Source: Leucoraja erinacea
Taxonomy: Eukaryota
Length of the DNA stretch: 64,000 bases
Direction: 5' to 3'
NCBI RefSeq assembly: GCF_028641065.1
Contig: NC_073380.1
Location: 79,484,001-79,548,000, forward strand
Numbering within the stretch: position 1 is the first letter of the stretch; every line of letters begins with the position of its first letter. The position numbers and the translations under genes were made by a program. This document shows positions 25,380 to 38,880 of this stretch, one piece after another. The notes under the pieces are model-generated. The model did not search any database and had not been told where the DNA came from. It saw only the letters and a list, made by a program, of their open reading frames with translations.

Positions 25380-25845
25380 TATCAATAGAAACATCCCATT
25401 ATTCCTGCATTACACATCATCTGCTGTACATCTATTAATTCCACCAGTCTGTCTATATCCTGTTCCAATCCACCAATCACTATGTTCTTTGTATCTACAA
25501 TACTGCCAAGTTTTCTATCAGACACAAGTTTAGTAATTGTGGCTGGCATGCTCAGGTCCAAGACATTAATATACATCAAAAAGGCATTGGCTTCAATCTT
25601 GATCGCTGGGGATTGTTACTATACACCTTCCTTCAGTCCAAAAAGCAACCAGTCACCTTCATTTGTCTGTTATTTAGCCAACTTCTTATCCATGCCATAA
25701 ATTCCCCGTTTAAGCCATCTGCTTCAAATTTGTTGACACGCCTGTTCTGTGGCACCTTATCAAAAACCTTCTGGAAGCTCATGCATACCACATTGACTGC
25801 ATTAGCCTCTTCAATTCTATCTGTTACCTCGTGATAATGTTCTTT
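25380..25845 (-). mobile_element. Highly decayed CR1 RT fragment
   Basis: SFQKVFDKVPQ..WIRSWL remnants in ORF 25633-25863. Confidence 0.65.
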
Positions 25846-26344
25846 CAAAATGAATAAACACAATAATATTAATTAATCAATTTACTTCAGGTGGCTATCA
25901 ATGGCTTAATATTTCTAAATGTTATTCCACCATCAAGGTCAAACTGATAGCTAGGCTTGAACTGACTTTTTTTTTGGCTAAATAATCCAGTGATGTCTGA
26001 CCTTGCACCACCCCAGATCCAAAGAGCATTGAAAAAGTATGATCAGCATGCCTGCAATTTTGTCGTAAATCTTCCCTTTATAGAACAAGATTCAATCCAT
26101 CCAGTCATGGTGATCTAATATTTTCCAATATCTCTGTGATATAAATTTTTATATAGCCAGTATTATATACCCTCTTCACTCTTACTTTGGAAATGCCCTC
26201 TTCACTGATATAAACAGATGCAGAGTACTTTTTTGGGGCCTGTGCATCCAAATGCAACTTCTCATTTTCTTCGTTAATGGGCATTGGTGCTTCCATGTAC
26301 TACCATGTCATGGTGAGGGGCTAGATGTTGTGCCTCTATTTTAA

Positions 26345-27770
26345 AAGGACTGCAAGGAAAAGCCTTGGAACAACAGAGTAGAGCACATCTGTGGTGCGTA
26401 AGTTACTGGAGAAGGGTTTGAGCGGTAAGATATGCATGCATTTGGATAGTCAAGGGCAGATAAGGGATAGTCGGCATGGTTTTGTGCATGGAATATCGTG
26501 TCTTCCGAATTTGATGGAGTGTTTCTAAGAGGTAACAAAAAAGAGTTAATGAGGGCAAGACCATAGACATTGTCTATATGGATGTCAGCAAGGCCTTTGA
26601 TATGGTCCTGCATGGTAAGCTGCTCTAGTAGGTTAGATTGTATGGGATTCAGGAAGAGATAGCTGTGGTTTATATCAACTATTTAGATGAAGATGTACAA
26701 GGCATGATTACTAAGTTTGCAGTTGACATTCTTCTTCTTAGGCCCCCTGGCTGACCATGGGTATCTCCAGGGTTGGAGGATGCCAGTGTGCGACTTGGTT
26801 TAATGTGGGGAGACTGGTGCACAGACAGTCCGGAGACCCTTTTCCGCTGTAGCCTTCATCCGCCTTCCCAGCCGTTGTGATGCTCCACTAAGTTCAGCCA
26901 TCATCCTCGGCCTGTTCTACCGTTGCTCTTTGTCAGAGTCCTCCCCCTCGACCTTACTACCATGGGTGGCCCTACCAGGAGCATAGCTCCAGACGGCATC
27001 GCTCTCAGGATCTCAGGACCACACAAGCTTCTCCACCACAACAAGGTGACATCATAGATAGTCTGAAGAAGGGTTTTGGCCCGAAACGTTGTCAACTCCT
27101 TCGCTCCATAGATGCTGCTGCACCTGCTGAGTTTCTCCTGCATTTTTGTGAACCTTCATAGATTGTAAAGATGGTTATCCAAAATTAAGGCAGGCTCTTA
27201 ATCAGCTGGGCAAGTGCCCTAAGGAAATGATGATAATTTTAACGCGGATAAGTGCAAGATGTTGAATCCTGGGAAGTTGAACCAGGGCACAACCTTCACG
27301 GTGAATGGTAGGGCCCTGGGGAGTGTTGTAGAGTAGAGGGATCTATGAGTACATGTACATTCCTGAAAGTGGGGTCACAGAGTACATGGGGTGGTCAAGA
27401 GGCTTTTGGCCTTCATCAGTCAGGGTATTGAGCATAGAAATTGGGAAGTTATTTTACAGTTGGCCACGGAAGTATTGAGGAAGGATGTCATTAAGCTGGA
27501 ATGAGTGCAGAGAGGATTCACAAAGATGTTGCCAGGACTCAAGGGGATGAGCTGTCGGGAGAGGTTGGGAAAGCTAGGACTTTATTACTGGGAGCACAGG
27601 AAGCTGACGGGTTATCTTATTGAAGTGTATAAAATCATGAGGGAATAGTTAGGGTGAATGAGCAGTATTTTACCCATAGTAGGAGAATTAAAAATAAGTG
27701 ACTATATGCTTAAGCTATGAAGGGCAATATTTAATATGAACCTGAGGGGCGACTTTTTCAATTTAGAGGT
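26345..27770 (+). mobile_element. Decayed CR1 interrupted near its FADD motif by RTE-like and Penelope-derived inserts
   Basis: gtctatatggatgtcagcaaggcctttgat and aagtttgcagttgac before the insert; CR1 sequence resumes at about 27160. Confidence 0.75.
26730..27050 (-). mobile_element. Short RTE-related non-autonomous element
   Basis: (AAG)n-type tail (cttcttctt) at one end and an RTE/Expander-like 5' end (caccttgttgtggtggagaagcttgtgtggtcc) at the other. Recognised from memory only. Confidence 0.45.
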
Positions 27771-27772
27771 TG

Positions 27773-29160
27773 CGGGGGGGGGGGGGGGGGGGGGGGGGGG
27801 CCAGCTGCATCACACACACACACACACACACACACATACTAACCCCACCCCTTGATATTATATTATTATTAATTTGCTTCTATTCCCCAATCCCCTCCCT
27901 ATCCACTCACGCATAGCCCCCAACTGCACAGGCGTGGCTAGAGAGAGGGAGAGGGAGGGGGAGGGGCTAGAGATGGAGGGGGGGGTAGAGAGAGGAGGGG
28001 GTAGAGAGGGAGAGGGGTAGAGCGGGGTAGGTAGAGAGGGAGAGAGGGTAGAGAGGGAGGGGGTAGAGAGGGAGAGGGTAGTAGAGAGGGAGAGGGGTAG
28101 AGAGAGAGAGGGGTAGGTAGAGAGGGAGGGGCAGAAGGGGTAGAGAGGGAGGGTAAAAGGAGGGGAGGGGGGGTAGAGAGGGAGAGGGAGGGGGGTAGAG
28201 AGATTGAGCAGTGGGGGGGGGCAGCATCACGGGGAGGGCTGGTCCCCGAACAATACTCCACCACTCACCAGGGAGGATGGTAGAGAGGGGGGGGGGGGGC
28301 AGAGAGAGAGGGAGGGGAATGGGGTTGGAAAATTAACATCGAACTGTCCCTTTAATTTCTTCAATGTTTTTTTTTAATTGAGGGGGGGTGGATGGAGAAG
28401 GATGGTGAGGGGGGGTAGAGAGGGGAGTGGGTATAGGGTAGAGAGGGTGATGGTAGAGAGGTAGAGGGAGGGGAAGGGAAGGGAGAGGGAGGGGGAGGTG
28501 GTAGAGGGGGAGGGGGGGATAGAGGGGGAGGTGGTAGAGGGGGAGGGGGGGGGGGGATAGAGGGAGAGGGGGATAGAGGCTGGGGAAGGAAGGGGGATAG
28601 AGGTAGGGGGATACAGGGAGGGAGGGCTTTAGAGAGGGAGGGCATTGGAGAAGGAGGGCGTTAGAGAGGGAGGGCTTAGAGGGAGAGGGGGGGGAGGGAG
28701 GGGAGGGGAGAGGGGGAGAGAGGGAGAGAGGGAGAGAGGTAGAGAGGGAGAGAGGTAGAGAGGGGAGGGGTAGAGAGGGAGGACGTAGAGAGAGAGGGAG
28801 GGGGTAGAGAGGGAGGGGGTAGGGAGGGAGGGGGTAGTAGAGAGGGAGGGAAGTAGTGAGGGAGGGGGGAGAGGGGGGGGGTGAGAGGGGGGGGGTAGAG
28901 AGGGAGGGGGTTAGAGAGAGGGGGGTTAGAGAGGGAGGGGGGTAGGGGGGGGGTAGAGAGGGAGGGGGTAGAGAGGGAGAGGGTAGAGGGAGGGGGGGGA
29001 GAGGGAGGGGTTAGGAGGGAGGACGTAGAGAGGGAGAGAGGGGAGAGAGGGAGAGGGGTAGAGAGGGAGGGGGGTAGAGAGGGAGGACGTAGAGAGGGAG
29101 AGGGGTAGAGAGGGAGGGGGTAGGGAGGGAAGGGGGTATGGAAGGGGGGGGGGAGGACAA
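27773..29160. repeat. Poly-G, (CA)n and about 1.2 kb of purine-rich (GGGGTAGAGAGGGA-like) low-complexity sequence
   Basis: Directly visible strand-asymmetric G/A tract. Confidence 0.95.
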
Positions 29161-29359
29161 CTTGTTCTATTTGATTGTGCACGCCAGGTTGGTTGCATTG
29201 GTGGAAACACGTGAAGGTTGCAATCTCCCACCCGTCACATTGTGATGTCATATGTAAATGAGATCCATTATGATTGGCCGTCTGTGAGATGGCACTGTGA
29301 CATCATCAATGGAAAGTGCTGCAAGAGTCTCCCACTGAAAAGCCGTGGATTTTTTGAAA

Positions 29360-30035
29360 TCTATATTACTAAATCTCTGAGCTTGACCGCTTTTGGCCGA
29401 CTGTGCTGCGATTTCCAAGAGAACGCCGTCACCTACGGCCATCATTTTTGGCCACCTCGCTCAGAGCCCCCCTCTGCCATATGAGTGCAGAGGATTTTTT
29501 CCATTGATGAAAAATGAGAGATATATTAATGTTTTTACAAAATTCCCCATTCTCTCTGCTGCCCCCGCTGGCGGCAGGGGGAGGGACTAGAAAAACCAGG
29601 AAGTGTCGTGCCTCACTCGGTCTCTGCCAGACCCAGCAAGCGAGAGGGTCTGGCAGAGACTGAGCTGCTGATAATACTGAACGCACGTCTACTCCACGGT
29701 GAGTCCCCTCGATGCGGCTGTAAAACTGCTGCAGCCCTTTTTCTTTTAAGGTTTTTGTTCACAAAATGAATTTCGGTTGTCGGGCCCAATTGCAGCCCAA
29801 TTGTTTGCCTTGGCTTGGCTTTTAAAACAGTTGGATGCCTGCCCAAGCATCCATATGGCCCACAATGTCTATACTAGCCCTCTCAAAACCAGTACCTTCA
29901 GCCCGCAACATCCATACTAGCGCAACAGACATCCCCCCCCACTGGCAAGCAGTATTGGAATTGGTGGAGAGGTGGAATATTGCATTGGTGACCTCCCATG
30001 TGATGCTGGGACCCAACGGGTCCCACTTAGTCTAG
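29360..30035 (+). mobile_element. Non-autonomous Helitron-like element
   Basis: A|TCtatattactaaa start, subterminal hairpin tgggaccc-aac-gggtccca (30007-30025), CTAG|T end, no TSD. Confidence 0.75.
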
Positions 30036-30609
30036 TAAGTGATTAAAACTTAAACAACTTCAGAAATATAGGTTGGAATGCGACGGGAAGATGTTTATCC
30101 CATCAAGGGAAAACATGCGAATTGAATGTGTGAAAATAGGAAGGCTGTGGCATAGCGTTTGGAAGAAGATACAAATTAAGGAGATTAAAAGAAAGCCAAC
30201 ACAACCCTGCAAACACACAGACATTTAGCATGTTAAGAACAAAGGGATGTATTTTAGTATAATAGAGATAACAGGTTGAAGACTTTATTATAATACCCAA
30301 GAATCTTCCAAGAATATGCCTCGCGTGTATAATAAAATTATGAATATGAAATTAAACACAAAAGACACAAAAATGCATTTACATATGATTAGCCAATTTA
30401 TCACTATTTCTCGCGGAACCCTAGCGTTCCGGTGGACCCCGGTTGAGATACACTGCTCTAGGCTCTCTAAGGCTCTCTTATTTTCTCTTGCTTTGGTTGT
30501 CACTTCCCCTCTATTTCTTTTGTAATCAAAAGAACCTTTCCACTATTTACTGCCCTACATTTATCAAATGCAATAATTGGTTGTTTGATCATCTTCATAA
30601 AACAGTGGT

Positions 30610-31420
30610 TTGATTCCACCTTCGCTCAGTCTGCCTGAACCTACTTGATCTGCCGGTTGCCAAACACTTTAATTCCCCTTCCCATTTCCACACTGACTTT
30701 TCAGTCTTAGGCCTTCTCTATTGTCAGAGTGAGGCGAAATGCAAATTGGAGGAACAGCATCTCATATTTAATTTATTTGCATTACCTTACTATAGCTGTA
30801 CTCACCAATGCAAGCCACAGGTCAAAATCTAGACACAGACACGAAGTGCTGGAATAACTCAGTGGGTCAGGCAGCATATCTGGAGAACATGAAGTGATGT
30901 TTCGGGTTGTGACCCTTCATCTGGAGATTGCTTCTTTGAGGTTTAGGCTTTTTAACTAGCTCCCAAAAAACTGTTGCAGTTCTCATCCCTCTTTGTACGA
31001 ATGTTATTGATACTGATAATAGACCAAGTTGCCCATTGGTATGAATATTGATTTTTCCAACTTCAAGTAACCCCTGCAATCCCTCTCTCTTCATTCCTCC
31101 CCCACCCAAGTCGTACTAACTTCAAACTCGTCTTTCTTAAGACGTTTCGTCTTAAACAATTCAAAGTCGTCTTGTTGAGTCTCATTGTCTGTACTCGTTC
31201 TCACTTAGCAAACAATGGTCCCGTTTCCTTTATCATTCGTTACTTTTTTTTGCATATCTTTCATACATTTGTTCTATATCTATCTATATCGTTTACATCT
31301 TTCGTTTCCCATTCCCCTGGATCTCAGTCTGAAGAAGGGTCTCGACCCGCAACGTTACCTATTCCTTTTTTCCAGAGATGCTGCCTGACCCGCTGGGTTA
31401 CTCCAGTTTTTTGTGTCTAT
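30610..31420 (+). mobile_element. Penelope-like 3' fragment interrupted by an insert of about 270 bp
   Basis: CKLEEQHLIF-encoding sequence up to 30770, resuming gtatgaatattga at about 31039. Hammerhead-like core and tail at 31325-31420. Confidence 0.75.
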
Positions 31421-32144
31421 CAGTGGGTTTGATGTTCTATTTTTGCCCCTCAATGCAAAAAGAAAGGCTATTCTGTGAATTTTTCTGTCATTATTTGGTT
31501 CCAGTTTACTGGGGCAAGATCTCTTATGCCATTGAAATTGATATTCCTCCAATTCATTTTTTTTTTAGATTGTTCCTCCTCCTTTTCTACTGTTTTTCTT
31601 TGTGCCGTTCTTTGTGCTGTTCATAAAATGTCGCTGCAAGCTTATGATGTTATGGCCACTGTCTCCTAAATGAAACCATAACAAAATATGGAGTGTTCAA
31701 ACTAACTCTTTCCCAAAACCATATCTAACAATGCATTGTTCATCACGGATCACAAGAAAAATTCTCAACTGAAAAATTATCCTGGACACTTAAAAAAAAT
31801 ATTTTCACCTTCCCAGCCTTAGCACCATTATTATCCCAGATTACGGTTATATAATTTAAGGCCCAGGAGCAACCAAACCAGGGCATCCTCGGCCCTACCC
31901 TCTCCCCTACGCACAGGGTCTTGCTCACTCATTGGTGACCTATAGAATACACCAAGCGGTGTACCGTTCTTTCGCATTTCGTAACTCTAACCAAATAGAT
32001 GCTATCTTTAGCCCCTCTGTGACATCCTGTCTCCAGAAGAATAAAATACTCTAACCTGCATGATGGGTAAATCAAATGATACCCTCTCCTTTCTACATAT
32101 CCCTTCACCTCAATTGGCATCTTCTCTTTCCAGTTTAGTCATTC

Positions 32145-32632
32145 TTAGGTCATAATTGATAGGAGTAGAATTAGGCCATTCGGCCCATCAAGTCTACTTT
32201 GCCGTTCGATCATGGCCGAGCTATCTCTCCCTCCTTACCCCATTCTCCTGCCTTCTCCACTTAACCTCTGACACCCGTACTAATCAAGAATCTATCTATG
32301 TCTGACTTTAAAATATCCACGGCCTCCACAGCCTTCTGCAGCAATGAATTCCACAGATTGGCCACCCTCTGATGAAATAAATGTCTTCTCATCTCCTTCC
32401 TAAAAGAACGCCCTTTAATTCTGAGGCTATAACCTCTAGTCCTAGACTCTCCCACTAGTGGAAAAAAACCTCTTCACATCCACTCTATCCAAGCCTTTCA
32501 CTATTCTGTATGTTTCAATGAGGTCTCCCCTCATTCTTCTAAACTCCAGCGAGTACAGGCCCAGTGCTGGCAAACGCTCATCATAGATTAACCTACTCAT
32601 TCCTGGGATCATTCTTGTAAACCTCCTTTGGA
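32145..32632 (-). mobile_element. CR1 3' fragment
   Basis: VQRRFTRMIPG, LYSLEFRRMRGDLIE, LWNSL. Confidence 0.88.
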
Positions 32633-34081
32633 CCAATTTAATAAGTTACAGTAAATTCCAAATGGGTTAAATTCTTTAAATCTCCTATTTAAGCGTACCC
32701 ACATAGTCCCACCCACATGGCGATTCAGATGAAACCCTCCAACAACAGTGGTAAATTCCCATGAGAGGATATTGATCCCATTTTGTTTAGGTGCAATCAA
32801 TCTGGCTTAGAGGGGTAGCCCCCTTCACCACCACCACCACCATCGAAAAAGTTCCAATTCACCAGATGTCTGAAATCTTTCTTCCTAAGCCATCTCTTTA
32901 TTCACAAGTCACACATTTATTTGCATTACACTACCATAGCTGTACTCACCAATGCAAGGCACTGGTCAAAATCTGGAAACAGACACAAAGTGCTGGAGTA
33001 ACTCAGCAGGTTAGGCAGCATATCTGGAGAACATGAACAGGTGATGTTTCAGGTTGTGACCCTTCATCTGGAGATTGCTTATTCGAGGATCTGCTTTTTA
33101 ACTAGCTCTCAAAAAAGTGTTGCAAGCTCTCATCCCTCTTTGTACCAATGGTATTGATACAGATAATAGACCAAGTTGTCTATTGTTCACCCTCCTCCTT
33201 CAAGATTTTCAAGACAGATATTAAATATAAAGCTGTATTAAAATGTAATGCTGAAAACATAAGTTACTTAGTTGGAATTAGCACGCACAGGACACGCAAG
33301 AGTAACCTTTAATAAGTAACCCAAATGAATCAAAATGAAATTGCATAAGAAAACGACCCATATACAACTAATAAAGAGACACTGGAGACACTTCGTTGCC
33401 ACCTTCTCCCAGCTAACAATGATCAATTCTACATTTTCCTTGATCCGCATCCCCTTTGATGTCTCGTTCTCACACCTAACATGTGTCTGCGTCTCCCTCT
33501 CCCCTGACTCAAGCTGAAGAAGGGTCTCCATCCGAAACATCACCTATTATTTCTATTCGGAGAAGCTGCTTGTTCTGCTGAGTTACTCCAGCATTTTATG
33601 TCTATCTCTGGAATACATTCTCTGGGGTGAATGCAGGGACATTCAAAAACACAATAAATGAGTCAATTTGGCAAACATTGGGCCTTGAAAAAACATGGGT
33701 GCTGTGGCAAAAGATGAGTAATACATTATTTCAGCAACAGTAAGAGAGTGTTCCGAGAAGAGTGAAAAATTACAGAAATTGCAAACTAGCTTCAGAGCTT
33801 GAGCATTAATTACTTTACGTTCCAAATTCCAAATATTGATTGCTCCAAATATTACAGTGGAAGTCATACATAATAAATCCCACCCACAATAAGAAACCAA
33901 ATTTAATTACTTCAATACAATCACCTGACAGGCTAACATAATTCAGATCAAATAATAGTTGGCTATTACCCCAGAGTATTTGGAGAAATTAAGAAGATGT
34001 TATGGAGACATTGATCATCATTACACAAATGTTTCTGGACAATGGAAATAATCCAGAACAAAGAAAGCATCTTAATATGGT

Positions 34082-34378
34082 TACTCCGCTACCATCGGGT
34101 AGAAGGTACAGGAGCCTGAAATCTGCAACGTCCAGGTTCAGGAACAGCTACTTCCCCACAGCCATCAGACTATTAAACACAACTTCAAACAAACTATGAA
34201 CTATAACAACCTATTGCACTTTATCTGTTTACTGATGTGTGTATATATATATATCTATGTTATATGGAGACACTGACCTGATCTGTATTTATGACTACAA
34301 ATCCTGTTGTGCTACAGCAATGCAAGAATTTCATTGTCCTATCTGGGACACATGACAATAAACTCTCTTGACTTGACC
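34082..34378 (+). mobile_element. Rex1/Babar-like 3' end
   Basis: PLPSGRRYRSLKSATSRFRNSYFP, gacaataaa and (cttga)n tail. Same family as 37070-37270 and 47265-48075. Confidence 0.8.
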
Positions 34379-35099
34379 CTTTCAAAAAGGGCAAAATGAC
34401 ATAAACAGGCCTATTTATTCCCCCACTGTGTCAATGGAAATGATTAGCAGGAAAAAAATATGGATATTATCTGCATAATCACCTAAACAAAAGTCAACAT
34501 GAATTCAGAAAATTGGAACGCTTCCTTGATTTTTATTTGTGCATGTGCCAAATACATCACAGAAAGACCTACACTAGACCATCAAATGGTATTTGACAAT
34601 GTTCTATTCAGAAAGTCTAACCTCAAGGGATTGAGGATAAATATTGGAAGGTGGTTAAGAAATTGGCTGAGGAATAGAAAACAATTGAAAACTGTAAGGG
34701 GTATGATGGATGGGGAGAGAAACTGAACAGGGTGCCCTAGGGAGTGACGCGGGAGTTGGTTCAGTTTCTAATTTTCAAAGATTATTTGGATTCTAAAACT
34801 CAATGCAAATTGGTAACATTTTCAAATATCAAACTAAGACAATGTACATGGTAAAATTACAATTAATAAGGTGTCAAGAAAATTATGCAAGGATGTTTAC
34901 CAACAGTTGAAAATTCGGCTAAGCAATATAAAGTGCTATGTCTAGGAATTTAAAAGTCTTGAAACTGAAATAAACAACTATTAAAAAAATCTAAGTTTCA
35001 TATTGGACGGATCTTTAGCCTACCCAACAAAACAGTAACTGACTGTTTCAATAGAAGGCTGAAATACAACACAGGAGTCATATGAAGCCAAGTTAAAAA

Positions 35100-36010
35100 A
35101 TATATTCAAGTTACCCCGGCCATCATCTTTCATCCCATCAGCCTCTGCATCCAATACATAATTCTTCGACATTTCCTTCACCTTCAGTATGAGCCCACCA
35201 CCAGTCACATCTTTTAGTCTTCTGCAAAGACCACTCCCTCTGCAACTTGGTTCATTCATCCATTCCCCCCCCCCCCCCCAAACCCCTCTTCCCCCCCCCC
35301 CCCCCCCCCCCCCCCAGTACTTTCCTGTCCAAATACAAGAGATGCAACACCTCTCCCTATACCTCCTCTCTCACCTCCATCCAGAGACCCCAGTAGTCCT
35401 TCCAGGTGAGACAGAGATCCACATGCACCTTCTCCAACCTCAAATATTACACCTGGTGTTCCCATCATAACCTCATATACATCAGTGAGACCAATCATAG
35501 ACTCGGCAACTTTTTCACCAAGGCCAACTAGATTTCCCAGTTGCCAACCAATCCCCTTCCAATACTGACCTTTCTGTCCTGGCTCTCCTCTAATGCTAGA
35601 GTGAGGCCAAATACAAACTGGAGGAACACTATCTGCCTATCAAAAATATCTTCACCTTTGTCCTCATTGCTTGTCCTGCTGCTCACATCTTTCAGCTATC
35701 TTTTCCTGCGCCCCCCCGACAATCAGTCTGAAGGAGAATCCTCCCTCAAAACGTCACCTGTTCCATGTTGTCCAGGGATGCTGACTGCCCCATTGAGTTG
35801 CTCCAGCACTTTGTGTCCATTTTTGTAAACCAGCATCTGCAGTTCATTTTTTCTAAAAAATATATAGTGCTCTTGTGATGACATTAATTAAGCACAATAA
35901 AGCAAAATATCTGAATGTCTGAAGAAGGGTTTCGACCCGAAACGTTGCCTATTTCCTTCGCTCCATAGATACTGCCTCACCCGCTGAGTTTCTCCAGCAT
36001 TTTTGTCTAC
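35100..36010 (+). mobile_element. Decayed Penelope-like GIY-YIG fragment plus a separate tail insertion (35912-36010)
   Basis: LIYISETNHRLG-like remnant near 35470-35505. The second insert has a 12-bp TSD aagcaaaatatc (35900-35911 and 36011-36022) and the core ctgaagaagggtttcgacccgaaacgtt. Confidence 0.75.
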
Positions 36011-37069
36011 AAGCAAAATATCATGGTACTAGTCTAGCATTAAACTGCTGCAACTGGTACAGAAAAGAGAGAAGAGTTCTGAACAACTGGGATAGATCTT
36101 AGGTCTAAAAAGTGAATCTTAAGGTAGAAAAGATGGCTAGAGGTGTAGGGCGATGTATCAAATTTACTACAAATTGAAAGGCCAAAACTAGAAGCTGCCT
36201 TGAAATAAGCAACAAAGTATATTTTTAAATAGAGAGTAACTGATGGTTGAAATGGAATCCTGCATCTCATTGTACCGGGCAAAAATATATTCACATATTT
36301 TAAAAATATCTAGATAGTTGAGTAAGTTAATGCTGCTGTTAAAAGGTGTGATCAAAAGAAGGGTATCCAGTCCAAATTACTTGTGACTGAGCTGTATTTG
36401 AAGTACATATATGTTCATATTACAAATGCCAACATTAATTAAGGTGTGTTTTGTAGCCCCAATTTAATTTTAAGTGCTTTGTACCAAAAAATATACTGAT
36501 AAAATATTTTGATACATATGTGTTGCATTCTCACAAGTACACACAAGGCATGGAAACTCATGATTCATTTTGGAAGGACAAGCAAAGGAATTTGGGATGT
36601 TTTTAAAAATTGGATATTTGGTCATGAGATTTTCTACCATGTAAATATTTAGTACTCCTGCATTTAAGACCTCTTTCACACTCCCTTTTGTTTTTACCAT
36701 GACTCAACTAATTAGTGTATAAACACTCTCTTGGCCTCACAGTATCTCTTCCTGACTCTTTCTTTTTAAGATGGCAAAAGACATATATAAAATACTGGGC
36801 AAAAGCTACAAGGAAGATCAGACAAAAAACAATTTAACTTGTTAATTCTGGAATCACTGCTTGCATAAAATGATGAAAACAGAATCAACCCGTGTCCTCA
36901 AAACGGAATTGGGCAGGCACTTAGCAGAGAATAATTTGCAGACTGTGGGGAAAAAATAACAGAATAGACAGGGTTGTTGTTGAGGAACTGACAGAGATTT
37001 AGTAAGATAAAATTACTTCCTTCTGTGGCCAAACAATATAATGATCCTATTTTCTTTAAAACATACCAT

Positions 37070-37106
37070 TAGAACTATAACCTATTGCACTTTATCTGTT
37101 TACTGA

Positions 37107-37139
<33 letters not shown>

Positions 37140-37270
37140 TGGTATACAGACTGATCTGATCTGTATTTATGACTACAATATCCTGTTGTGCTGCAGCAAT
37201 GCAAGAATTTCATTGTCCTATCTGGGACACGTGACAATAAACTCCCTTGACTTGACTTGACTTGACTTGA
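37070..37270 (+). mobile_element. Rex1/Babar-like 3' UTR fragment with (TG)n(TA)n and (cttga)n tail
   Basis: Close match to 34200-34378. Confidence 0.75.
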
Positions 37271-37807
37271 TGAAGCCTATGATTTATCCTAGCATCGCCT
37301 GAACAAATGTCAAATTGTATTGGATGAATTTCTGTAATGTATCTTGGGATAATTTATATCATTAAAGGGTCAGTATAAATGCGATTTGTCAGTGTCCAGT
37401 GTTTAACAATTTTGAAAGAGTTTTATTTTAATGTAGAGTTGAAATTAAGCTGAGACTTTTTTCATGACAATTTCATGGTCAAATACATATCAATATATTT
37501 AGGTTCACGAATAGACAATGACCATTTACACAAAAACTCACATGAGCTAATGCCATTCATTACTGCACAAAATCAAATGACAAGCTTCGAGAGAAATTAT
37601 TTTTTTTTAAATGGAAAATGAAAAATTGATTAAATTAACTGATGTTCTTCTATTATAGTGATTACATTTTAAAAATATTCGGAACATACCTAAAACAAAC
37701 AATAATCATTTCCTGTGTGTGTTTTAATTAAAGACACAAATGAACATTCACAATATCAAAGACAGACACAAAAAGCTGCAGTAACTCAGCAGGTCAGCCA
37801 GCATCTT

Positions 37808-38880
37808 TAATAATAATAATAATTTTATTTATAGAGCACTTTAAAAACAAACATAGCTGCAACTAATCATTGACAAAAAAGTTAATACACACCAAAAATA
37901 ACAATCAAAAGAAATTGTAGGAAAAGACATGTAAAATAAAGAAACATCAAAAACACCAAAAACAGAGGCAAAGCCTCAGGCATGGTCAAAAGCCAGGCAG
38001 TACAAATGTGTTTTAACACTGGATTTGAAGATGGACAGTGAGGGGGGCTGTCTGATGTGCAACGGCAGGGTGTTCCAGAGAGCCGGAGCAGCAACAGAGA
38101 AGGCTCTATCCCCTCTGAGCCTCCGACTAGACCTCTGTACCTCCAGGAGCAGCTGACCAGCTGACCTGAGGGACCGGGCAGGAGCGTGTGGGTGGAGCAG
38201 CTCAGAGAGGTAAGGGCGGGGCGAGCCCATTCAGAGATTTAAAAACAAATAACAGTATCTTAAAATGAACTCGAAAGTGCACCGGGAGCCAGTGGAGGGA
38301 GGCCAGAATTGGCGATATGTGCTCCCTCTTTCGAGTCCCTGTTAAAAGGCGAGCAGCAGGATTCTGAACCAACTGGAGACGAGCCAGTGAAGAACGAGCA
38401 ACACCAAAATAGAGCGCGTTACAGTAATCCAGCCTAGATGTAATAAAGGCATGGATTACTGTCTCAAAATGCTGCCGCTCGAGAAAGGGCTTCACCTTCT
38501 GCAGCTTCCTTAGGTGAAAGAAGCTGGACTTAACCACCGCGCATATTTGGCGATCTAATTTAAAGTCACTGTCCATCCTAAAACCCAGCTTCACAACTGT
38601 TGGCTTCACGTACCTTGACAATGGACCTAAATCAACAAATGGAGGTTCATGGCAGCCATTGGGATCAAATAAAATCACCTCTGTCTTCTTTTCATTAAAT
38701 CCAAGAAAGTTTAGGGCCAACCAGGACTTAATGTCATCAAGACAAGACAGAAGCGATTTTACAGAAAAGGCCTTCCCCCCTCAGTGGCAAATAAAGCTGG
38801 GTATCATCTGCATAACAGTGGAAAGAGATGCCATGCTTTCTAAGGATGGAACCCAGAGGAAGTATGTACAGCGAGAAAAG
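37808..38880 (-). mobile_element. L2-clade LINE 3' fragment
   Basis: YADD remnant near 38805; KTEVILF, HAFITSRLDYCNAL, LQLVQN.AARLL, LHWLPV, GDRAFSVAAPALWN; microsatellite tail at about 37808-37830. Confidence 0.88.

Noticed and set aside
27938-29251. Pro/Leu/Ser-rich extensin-like ORFs
   Set aside because: Translation artefacts of the low-complexity G/A tract.
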